Assembly (NCBI GenBank): GCA_030704615.1
Contig: CM060732.1
Span: 6,696,001 to 6,760,000, forward strand
DNA: 64,000 nt
Direction of reading: 5' to 3'
From: Takakia lepidozioides
Taxonomy: Eukaryota > Plantae > Bryophyta
The position numbers and the translations under genes were made by a program. The notes below the pieces were generated by a model that worked only from the letters and a program-made list of their open reading frames with translations, was not told the DNA's origin and made no database searches. Each line of letters opens with the position of its first letter. Within the stretch, counting starts at the first letter, position 1. Below, in pieces: positions 49,648-59,840 of this stretch.

Positions 49648-51630
49648 TTACCCCTTCCCCACTCAAAATGTCGCGCGGCTTTTACTCACCCATCCCTTCG
49701 CTATTCGAGGCGGAAACTCCAAGATAGAAGAGTTGGAAATCTCTAAGTACTCAGCCCGCACAGAACAATCAGTCATGACCTACAGCTAGTGTATCATGGG
49801 GGTGTTTCCTATTTGTTTCCCTTTTGGTATTCATGTTAGCTATCTTACCCTTGATAATTAAGTATCAGTTTGCTTTATCAATCTATTGGATTCCATCAAC
49901 TCATCCATTCATTTCACAGCTTCACTCAGATCTCTCTACACAGTGTGATTGTATCGTAAAAGTATCCGATTATGATTTATCAGGTATCAGGCCGAAGCCA
50001 TTGTGTCTCCAATCTACTCTACAATATCATTACAGCCTTGCATATATCAAGCATCTACTCATCATCTCTCTATCTTCACTTCCGTTCTTCATCTTTGCCC
50101 GATCCCCTCTCCTCCATGACCAAGAAGTCCTCCTCCGAATGATATCCCTCGATTCCCCGTTTTCCCCTTTATCTTCCTATCCGTGGTTCTAACCGTTTCC
50201 CTCACTAACCGTCGTCTGTGAACTAACATGTTCCCTTCGCAGGTGTTGTTCCCCACAGTCGTTCCCTGTCCTACTCTTCGTTCCCTATGATCGTGACAGC
50301 TGTGTCAAGCTGTGACCGGCTGTGTGAAACTGTGACCGGCTGTGACTGGCTGTGCGACTGTGTTTGGTTGTGTCGGGCTGTGCCGGGCTGTGTTGGCTGT
50401 GCCGGGCTGTGTCTGCTCTGATGACTGTGACGGGCTGTGTTGGCTGTGTCGGCTGTGTCTGCTGTGACGACTGTGACAGGCTGTGTTGGCTGTGTCGATT
50501 GTGACGACTGTGTAACCCCCTCTACAGTGCGCTGCTGTCACCCCTAAGGCTCCTGTTGGTCTCAGTCTGTGCAAAAAATAAGGGTACCCTACAGATCCCG
50601 TATAAGTGTCTAAGTCCCCGACAGTCCTCTAACATTACCCCTTCCCCCCTCAAAATGTCGCGCGGCTTTTACTCACCCATCCCTTCGCTATTCGAGGCGG
50701 AAACTCCAAGATAGAAGAGTTGGAAATCTCTAAGTACTCAGCCCGCGCAGAACAATCAGTCATGACCTACAGCTAGTGTATCATGGGGGTGTTTCCTATT
50801 TGTTTCCCTTTTGGTATTCATGTTAGCTATCTTACCCTTGATAATTAAGTATCAGTTTGCTTTATCAATCTATTGGATTCCATCAACTCATCCATTCATT
50901 TCACAGCTTCACTCAGATCTCTCTACACAGTGTGATTGTATCGTAAAAGTATCCGATTATGATTTATCAGGTATCAGGCCGAAGCCATTGTGTCTCCAAT
51001 CTACAAGGCTGTAATGATATTGTAGAGTAGATTAGAGACACAATGGCTTCGGCCTGATACCTGATAAATCATAATCGGATATTTTTACGATACAATCACA
51101 CTGTGTAGAGAGATCTGAGTGAAGCTGTGAAATGAATGGATGAGTTGATGGAATCCAATAGATTGATAAAGCAAACTGATACTTAATTATCAAGGGTAAG
51201 ATAGCTAACATGAATACCAAAAGGGAAACAAATAGGAAACACCCCCATGATACACTAGCTGTAGGTCATGACTGATTGTTCTGCGCGGGCTGAGTACTTA
51301 GAGATTTCCAACTCTTCTATCTTGGAGTTTCCGCCTCGAATAGCGAAGGGATGGGTGAGTAAAAGCCGCGCGACATTTTGAGGGGGGAAGGGGTAATGTT
51401 AGAGGACTGTCGGGGATAGACACTTATACGGGATCTGTAGGGTACCCTTAATTTTTGCACAGACTGAGACCAACAGGAGCCTTAGGGGTGACAGCAGCGC
51501 ACTGTAGAGGGGGGTTACACAGTCGACACAGCCAACACAGCCCGTCACAGTCGTCACAGCAGACACAGCCGACACAGCCCGTCACAGTCGTCACTTCAGA
51601 CACAGTCGTCACAGCCGACACAGCCAGTCA
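49648..51630. repeat. Additional LTR copies separated only by 21-bp PPT spacers, ending in a fold-back inversion
   Basis: Spacer 49648-49668, LTR 49669-50634, spacer 50635-50655, partial LTR 50656-51004, inverted partial LTR 51005-51375, inverted spacer 51376-51396, inverted LTR end 51397-51630. Confidence 0.92.
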
Positions 51631-53328
51631 CTTTGGATGGACGGGCAGCCAAGTTGGCATACATGAAGACCATGGAGGGTCTGAAGGGTAGAGCACTGAA
51701 GAAGGCGACTGCCGAAGAGCCTTCCGACACCCCAGGATTTCAGAATATGGTCTCGTTCTTTGAGAGGGTGTGTGCAGACAAGGATTGTAGGAGGGGCGGA
51801 AATGCCACCGAGTGGTCTTGCGATATGATCATCTTGGATATTCCGGACGGAGAGCCTGTGGAAGGACTGCAAGCTTTGCCATCTTGGAACAGGTACTCGG
51901 AGGACTTTTGGAAGAAAGGATTCGGGCTTGCCCGCATGGTGTTGGACGACAGAGGCTGTGTGGTTGTCCTGGCGAGCAGAGGAAAAAACACTCAGACAGG
52001 AATTGCGAAGTGGACCCGCAAGAGCGCCGTCCCGATTCTGAAAAAGAAGTGGACGTGCATCAACACACTGGGCCTTTGGTCGGAAGGGAAGAAGGTGATT
52101 ACGACACTGGCACTCGTCCATTCATTTGCTTGGGTGTTTTCAAATGCGGTGCCGCATTCGGTTTCTAATCGTTCCCCCCTGTGTATGCAGACGAAGCAGT
52201 TCGATGCATACTGCTTTGTGAAGGATAACTCCACCTTTGCTTTCCGGAAGGAGGGAGGAAAGGTTGACCCGAACTGCGACCCCCTCGATTACGACGTTCT
52301 GTTCAACAACGTTCCCAAGGAACTTCTCCCTCATAGCCTCACTTCAACGGAACCCCTGCGGTACTCACGGACTCGGAGCCCTGCCTTCATTCAGACAATT
52401 ATGGAGACATGCACAGACGTGGAGGGCACAGTGCTCGACCTCATCTGTGGGACAGGTATGCAGAATCTTGATCTATGCTGTTCTGCAAATTCTCGTTAGG
52501 ATGTAGTTCGCAACATCTGAAGCGCCATGTGGTAATGTGTGGATGGCATTGTAACAGGTGCCTCAATGTGGGCTGGGCGGTTTTTCCGACCGGCACCTCT
52601 TTGCCTACGAGGAGGATTCATCCGTGTGGGGATCCCATCTGGAAGGGCTGCAACGGAATGTTAAGGCTCCCGACAGAGCGGAAGTCTCCTCGGATTCGTC
52701 GGAGTCCGAGGAAGACACAGTGGACATTGATGCGGAGGAGAACCCGGAATACGAGTGAGTGCAAACATTGTAAGTTTGCAAAGCCTTCTGGGTCATTTTT
52801 GTCAAACGAATTTCCCGACTGTGGTTCTCATTAGTCTCGTTGATGATTGTCATGTGCAGGATTGCAGGGTCCGGGTCGAAACATGTAGGGCCTACACTTC
52901 CTGCCAGGAAGAATGTCCCGTTCTTTGCGAGGGCCGACTTCATGACGAGCCCGGTGAGGGACTACTCCCTTCCTAGTTATGCAGCTAAACTCGCAAATAC
53001 AGCGATTAGAAGAAGTGAGAATCCCAGTAAAATAGAGCAGATTTTGGAGAGGGCTAGGGAGGACAGAAGGATAAGGAAAGAGTTGGCAGCAGCTCAGACA
53101 GGTAGACGGGTACGAAAGTACATATGTGATTCAGCGGATGAGAGCGACGCAGACAGGGAGGAAGACGACCCAACGGAGGTGAGATGGACAGTTCCGCAAG
53201 GGGAAGATGGGATTTTCGAAAGCCTGGCCAACGAGCAGTCCGCTGGAGATGAGAAAGGCACTGAGGGGGTGGAGGCGGAGCAGGATAGTCTAGAACAGGA
53301 TGAGGATTCGGATGATTTTCAAGATTAA
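51631..53328 (+). pseudogene. Cargo gene, 3' part: beta-class N4/N6 amino-methyltransferase-like domain + acidic tail
   Basis: CDMIILDIPDG (51837-51851, DPPY position), FWKKGFGLARMVLDDRGCVVV, RSPAFIQTIMETCTDVEGTVLDLICGTG, intron 52456-52557, then ASMWAG..RHLFAYEED. Confidence 0.75.
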
Positions 53329-53467
53329 TAGAATTTTAATGAAGTCTTTGTAAATGTAAATTCTCTTCCAGAGTATATAAAGGAAATTCTGCCCGACATT
53401 CGTGACCCCTCTCCAGTGTGCATTCCAGCCACACAATCGCCCAAACCACGACGCTCCCAAAATCAAA

Positions 53468-54035
53468 AATGGGGCACCGCATTTCCAAAATTTTGGCAAC
53501 TCTAAGAACCTCTTTTGGAAATGCGGCACCGCATTTCCAAAACAGGGGAGGGACTAAATTTTCCATTTCAATGTTGGCATAGTAAAAAGTAATCGGCCGA
53601 TTGGAAATGCGGTGCCGCATTTCCAAAATTTCCTTTGTCCACACGCCAGTTTTGGCCTCTCCCGCTCATTGCATGGATGCCACCACGCTTACAGAGGTCG
53701 AACAAGGAGGTCGAGATGGCGGAATTGAAAATGCGGTGCCGCATTTCCATATTGGGGATGGTCGTTGTTCGAACTGCAGGCCCATCAGCAAAAATTGGCA
53801 CCGCATTCCATTGTAAAAGAAAAGTCGATGACGGACATGGAAATGCGGCGCCGCATTTCCAGAACGGACATCGCAATTTGTCCATTTGCAGACCCTCTCA
53901 CAGAAATGCGGTAACGCATTCCATCGCGCTGGTCGGAAATGTCACACTTTTCGAAGTGTTGGACGGAAATGCTGCACCGCATTCCCTTGTCCAAAAAGAA
54001 GTTTCCATTGCCAAGCTGGAAATGCGTCGCCGCAT
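53468..54035. repeat. Second cluster of family-A palindromes
   Basis: About 9 copies of GGAAATGCGG-YR-CCGCATTTCC variants downstream of the cargo gene. Confidence 0.9.
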
Positions 54036-54452
54036 TCTGGTTTGAACATAGCATAATCGTGGCCATGATAAGGGCAGTCGGCTGGATTTCGGCGGCACGG
54101 CATCCTTGAAAAAGAGTAGCGGAGTACGCTCAATGACAGCAGCTCCCGGATGGAGGAGGAGCAGCGCGGTGGCTGGAAAAAGTTCAAGCTAACGCTGCAA
54201 TTCCTCACAAACACTCCAGGGCACATTTAAATTCCCCCCCTACAGGATCCTGGACCGATGAAGATTGGCTGCTTCATGAATGTAGCCGTTTCAGTTTCCT
54301 ACCCTGCCATGCAAACTATGGGCACTCACTGCCAGGTGGGCCGATAGCCACTGGACACGACAAAGTCCATCCCCTCTTCGATGTAAATGCGGCGCCGAAT
54401 TTCCATCCGGGGGGATGGACTTCGGTGGCAGATCTCAAACTATAACTTGTTG

Positions 54453-55223
54453 ATGAGAAAGATGTATGGGTTCATCCACCGCCGGCGTGATGAACACGTT
54501 CCACCTCCGTCGGTGGGTACGTGGGACCCAGATGCTCCATTATTGGAGGCCGGACTGCTCTTCCGCTTCGCATCATTTCCAAAATCTAAGGGCTTCGTAG
54601 CTATCCGCAAGGTCATTGTCATCTGCATCCAAGTCGTCCTCAGGTCCTCCTTTGCAAGGATGCCGTGCTTCCGGAGCCGGGACGACTGCCCATTTGGAGG
54701 CATCGATTATGCAATGTATTCGGCCACATCGGGAGACATTGTTATCTGGTACACAGATTACAGAGAAGATACTGGTTCGATTGTGGAAAGATTGGTGGCT
54801 TTTGAGTATATCCTAGGCCACTACGCCTTCGAGCGGGGTGACGGTCTTGGTCTGAGGAGTCCGTGGCTCCTGCGCATCCTCGATTCCGATTTTCCCAGCT
54901 ACGACGGTCACCCATGCAGAAGAAGGCGCACTGCTATGCTGTTGCGGTGGAACTGCTGCCACTGGACGTGGGTGGACTCCATCAGAGAGACCTATTCTCC
55001 TCAAGGAGTGCGCTCCTCTTCTCCATTGTATGGGGACATTCGCATTGGTGTGGACGACGAAAACGTGAAGATTTCCATATTCGATGGTGGTATGATTGAA
55101 GGGCAGGACATTGTGGTGAACATCACTAGGGGCGGTACAACGGCTGCAATCGACTTTACATGGAGGAGCCCCATGACTCATGAGCTAGTTCTGAGAGCAG
55201 TCGAAGTCCCATTGACAACGTGA
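54453..55223 (+). CDS. Unknown ~256-aa ORF near the right end of element A
   Basis: Long ORF retained in the second copy (57813-58487); a diverged inverted paralogous fragment at 54045-54226 shares RMPC.....DCP..G.DYAM. Confidence 0.5.
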   Translation: MRKMYGFIHRRRDEHVPPPSVGTWDPDAPLLEAGLLFRFASFPKSKGFVAIRKVIVICIQVVLRSSFARMPCFRSRDDCPFGGIDYAMYSATSGDIVIWYTDYREDTGSIVERLVAFEYILGHYAFERGDGLGLRSPWLLRILDSDFPSYDGHPCRRRRTAMLLRWNCCHWTWVDSIRETYSPQGVRSSSPLYGDIRIGVDDENVKISIFDGGMIEGQDIVVNITRGGTTAAIDFTWRSPMTHELVLRAVEVPLTT

Positions 55224-56178
55224 CTTGTATTCAGTAGGCACAGGGCTAAAGTTTTGATTGCACAATCAGCACAATAGACGTGCTTCAAATGCAATTCATG
55301 TGGATCAATAAAAACCTCATTGTGCCCTCTTTTTATTCTATTCTGTGTCCATCGTTCCGAGAATGCGTCATTGCTCATTTCGTTTGGGATTGGGAGTGTG
55401 GGTGGATTTTGCAAGTGGCTGGTAGGCTGAAATGGGCCCCCATTGTACAGAGCAGTACCACCCTACCATTCGCGAAACATTGCCTTTCAATATATAATTC
55501 TAAATAACATTGCCGAACCTCCTTCATCGGGAGGTCCTTCTCCCCCTATGACCGTGGCACCCTAAACCCTATTTCCGCGGACACTCATTTCCGGAAAATA
55601 GTGCTGCTCATGTTTTTTTCCACACTTACGACTCTGCTCATGGCTCATGCCGCTCATGGCTCATGGCTCATGAAATAGCAGCCCCCGATCAAGAGAGCAA
55701 ATGACGAGGCGTCACATGCAAGATGGTGCAGCGCTTAGGCAGCATATGAACTTGGAGACAGATCAAGCAGAAGAGCATGTAGGAAGTGAGAGTGAGGTCG
55801 CCGCAGTCGCAGTGACGGCTGGAGCAGTGAGCGTAGGTAACTAGACAGTGCCAGCCGAGTTCATGCACGAAGACAACAGAACAGGAGGAGGAGCAGTGGA
55901 CGCCATACAGGGAGAAAGTCTGCAAACCCTACATCAGACAGAAATGGTGATCATTCAATATCCGCATAATACTGTTTTCATTAGTCTTGATGTTTTCCAT
56001 TCCATGTGGGATTCAATACATTGTTTTTTCTTATGTTCAGACCGATGAAAAAGGGAAGAGCAAAGCTGTAGAGGGCGATCCGAGCGATGCAGCCATGAAG
56101 CCGAAGAAGGCGAAGGGATCTGTAAGTTCTCTCAAACACACTTCTCCCTCTTTACTGATGGTCCCCCGATGTGAGAAA

Positions 56179-57344
56179 AGCGATCATCGGTGGCGATCAT
56201 CGCTTTACAAAAGAATGTAGTTGGTGTCGTATTTCAGCAGATTCAGGAAGGCAGGCAGGCAGGAAAGAATATGTATCAAGGCGAAAGTGATGATCGGTGC
56301 CGACCATCACCTTCGCCATTGCTTTATTTAAGCAAAGAATGCGATTTTCATTGTGATTCAAGAGTGACAGGGAACTAAAGACGCGTCTTGCAATGACGTC
56401 GAAGCGATGATCGGTAACGATCATCGCTTTAAGGTCCATTCCCTTCTTGTTCAGAACAGTTTAGAAATGGCGTGGTCGTTCAGGAAAGTGATGATCGGTG
56501 CCGACCATCACATTCAGCTCCCATTGTTTGTGCATCCCTTGGCACTTACATAGTGATGGTCGGTACCGATCATCACTTTCGGTAATGACTGCCTGTTAAC
56601 CCAAAATCCTATCTCGCACTGGAAGCCTTTGTAGAATGAAATGCTTTAGGTGGAGAAATGTCAATTCCACTTCAGATTTGGAATTGCAGTAACAGAAGAG
56701 CGATGGTCGGTGGCGACCATCGCCTCCAAGTCCATTTCTTTGCTCTATATCTCATACAATGAAATGCAAAATTCTGCTATGAAGTGATGATCGGTGCCGA
56801 CCATCACATCCAGACCTCATGGGTTGTGCTTCCCAAGGCAGTCTGATTGTGATGATCGGTACCGATCATCACTGTTTGAACGGTTTGGCAATACACCAAA
56901 ATCCAAAAAAGGAGACCAAGTTCAGTGGGTGAAAGAAGGGATTCTGACTAAGAGTGATGATCGGTGCCGACCATCACACTCAGACCTCATGGGTTTTGCT
57001 TCCTAATGCAATCTGATTGTGATGATCGGTACTGATCATCACTTTTAAAACAGATTGGCAATGCACCAGAATCCAAAAGAGGAGATCAAGTTCAGTGAGT
57101 GATAGAAGGGATTCTGACTTATAGTGATGATCGGTGCCGACCATCACATTCAGACCTCGTGGGTGTTTGCATCCCAATGCTGTCTTGTGGTGATGTGCGG
57201 TACCGACCATCGCTTGCATCATCATGAAGGTCGGCACCAATCATCGCAGTCTAGTGAGAACTGAGTCAAGGTGCATTGGGAAACCAACTAGAATTTCCAT
57301 TCATTTGTTAGAAGACAAAGTGATGGTCGGTACCGATCGTCACT
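56179..57344. repeat. Array of ~14 palindromes GTGATGRTCGG-TR-CCGAYCATCAC (family-B type)
   Basis: For example GTGATGATCGGTACCGATCATCAC at 56849 and GTGATGATCGGTGCCGACCATCAC at 56784, 56954 and 57124; partly in ~170-bp tandem units. Confidence 0.92.
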
Positions 57345-57812
57345 GTGTTGGGGGCTGCTATTTCATGAGCCATGAGCCATGAGCGGCATGAGCCATGAGC
57401 AGAGTCGTAAGTGTGGAAAAAAACATGAGCAGCACTATTTTCCGGAAATGAGTGTCCGCGGGAATAGGGTTTAGGGTGCCACGGTCATAGGGGGAGAAGG
57501 ACCTCCCGATGAAGGAGGTTCGGCAATGTTATTTAGAATTATATATTGAAAGGCAATGTTTCGCGAATGGTAGGGTGGTACTGCTCTGTACAATGGGGGC
57601 CCGTTTCAGCCTACCAGCCATTTGCAAAATTCACCCACACTCCCAATCCCAAACGAAATGAGCAATGACGCATTCTCGGAACAATGGACACAGAATAGAA
57701 TAAAAAGAGGGCACAATGAGGTTTTTATTGATCCACATGAATTGCATTTGAAGCACGTCTACTGTGCTGATTGTGCCCTCAAATCTTGAGCCCTGTGCCT
57801 ACTGAATACAAG

Positions 57813-58576
57813 TCACGTTGTCAATGGGACTTCGACTGCTCTCAAAACTAGCTCATGAGTCCTGGGGCTCCTCCATGTAAAGTCGATTGCAGCCGTTGTA
57901 CCGCCCCTAGTGATGTTCACCACAATGTCCTGCCCTTCAATCATACCACCATCGAATATGGAAATCTTCACGTTTTCGTCGTCCACACCAATGCGAATGT
58001 CCCCATACAATGGAGAAGAGGAGCGCACTCCTCGAGGAGAATAGGTCTCTCCGATGGAGTCCACCCACGTCCAGTGGCAGCAGTTCCACCGCAACAGCAT
58101 AGCAGTGCGCCTTCTTCTGCATGGGTGACCGTCGTAGCTGGGAAAATCGGAATCGAGGATGCGCAGGAGCCACGGACTCCTCAAACCAAGATCGTCACCC
58201 CGCTCGAAGGCGTAGTGGCCTACGATATACTCAAAAGCCACCAATGTTTCCACAATCGAACCAGTATCTTCTGTGTAATCTGTGTACCAGATAACAATGT
58301 CTCCCGATGTGGCCGAATACATTGCATAATCGATGCCTCCAAAGGGGCAGTCGTCCCGGTTCCGGAAGCACGGCATCCTTGCAAAGGAGGACCTGAGGAC
58401 GACTTGGATGCCGATGACCTTGCGGACAGCTACGAAGCCCTTAGATTTTGGAAAAGATACGAAGCGGAAGAGCAGTCCGGCCTCCAAAATGGAGCATCTG
58501 GGTCACACGTACCCACCGACGGAGGTGGAACGTGTTCATCACGCCAGCGGTGGATGAACCCATACATCTTTCTCAT
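57813..58576 (-). pseudogene. Copy of the unknown right-end ORF (frameshift near 58490)
   Basis: Near-identical translation to 54453-55223. Confidence 0.5.
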
Positions 58577-58892
58577 CAACAAGTTATAGTTTGAGATCTG
58601 CCACCGAAGTCCATCCCCCCGGATGGAAATTCGGCGCCGCATTTACATCGAAGAGGGGATGGACTTCGTCGTGTCCAGTGGCTATCGGCCCACCTGGCAG
58701 TGACTGTGCCCTGGAATGTACCTCACTTCTGTATGACTGTGTTTCATTGTGTTGAATAACTCTCGGATTTGGCCCACTGTTTACAATTTGATGTCTCATT
58801 TCTACAATTTGTCTGTCTGGTTGAATAAAGCAGAGTAACCGGTATGTGAGTCATGTGTCAAGAATATACCAGAGTAACGCCATGTCGGACAT

Positions 58893-59690
58893 TGAAATGC
58901 GGCATCGAAATGCGGCGCCGCATTTCCATGTCGGGATCGAAATGCGGTGCCGCATTTCCATGTCCGCATCGAAATGCGGCACAGCATTTCCATGTCGGAC
59001 ATCGAAATTCGGCACCGCATTTCCATGTGGGACAAGAAAATGCGGTGCATCATTTCCGTCCAGGTACACGAAATACCAACACGGGTCTATAAATTGATCA
59101 GAAAACGAGGTTGGCATGGCAAATGTGGCGACGCATTTCCAGCTTGGCAATGGAAACTTCTTTTTGGACAAGGGAATGCGGTGCCGCATTTCCGTCCAAC
59201 ACTTCGAAAAGTGCACCTATTTCCGACTTGCGCGATGGAATGCGTTACCGCATTTCCGAGAGAGGGTCTGCAAATTGACAAATTGCGATGTCCGTTCTGG
59301 AAATGCGGCGCCGCATTTCCATGTCCGTCATCGACTTTTTTTTACAATGGAATGCGGTGCCAGTTTTTGCTGATGGGTCTGCAGTTCGAACAACCACCAT
59401 CCCCAATATGGAAATGCGGCACCGCATTTCCAATCCCGCCATGTCGGCCTCCTTGTTCGACCTCCTTGTTCGACCTCTGTAAGCGTGGTGGCATCCATGC
59501 AATGAGCGGGAGAGGCCAAAACTGGCGTGTGGACAAAGGAAATTTTGGAAATGCGGCACCGCATTCCCAATTAAGATTACTTTTTACTATGCCAACATTG
59601 AAATGGAAAAATTAGTCCCTCCCCTGTTTTGGAAATGCGGTGCCGCATTTCCAAAAGAGGTTCTTAGAGTTGCCAAAATTTTGGAAATGC
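58893..59690. repeat. Palindrome cluster in A', including a locally expanded ~30-bp-period run at 58893-59060
   Basis: Repeated GAAATGCGG-YR-CCGCATTTCC. Confidence 0.9.
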
Positions 59691-59840
59691 CCTGACCCAT
59701 TTCTGATTTTGGGAGCGTCCTGGTTTGGGCGATTGTGTGGCTGGAATGCACACTGGAGAGGGGTCACGAATGTCGGGCAGAATTTTCTTTATATACTCTG
59801 GAAGAGAATTTACATTTACAGAGACTTCATTAAAATTCTA

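Larger units (their letters stand above)
26926..55686. mobile_element. Element A: complete Mutator-like DNA transposon with cargo (28,761 bp including a nested ~14.5-kb Ty3 insertion)
   Basis: Left TIR GAGGTTTACTATTTCATGAGC, right TIR GCTCATGAAATAGCAGCCCCC, CATGAGC subterminal repeats at both ends; perfect 9-bp TSD GATCAAGAG at 26917-26925 and 55687-55695. Confidence 0.93.
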
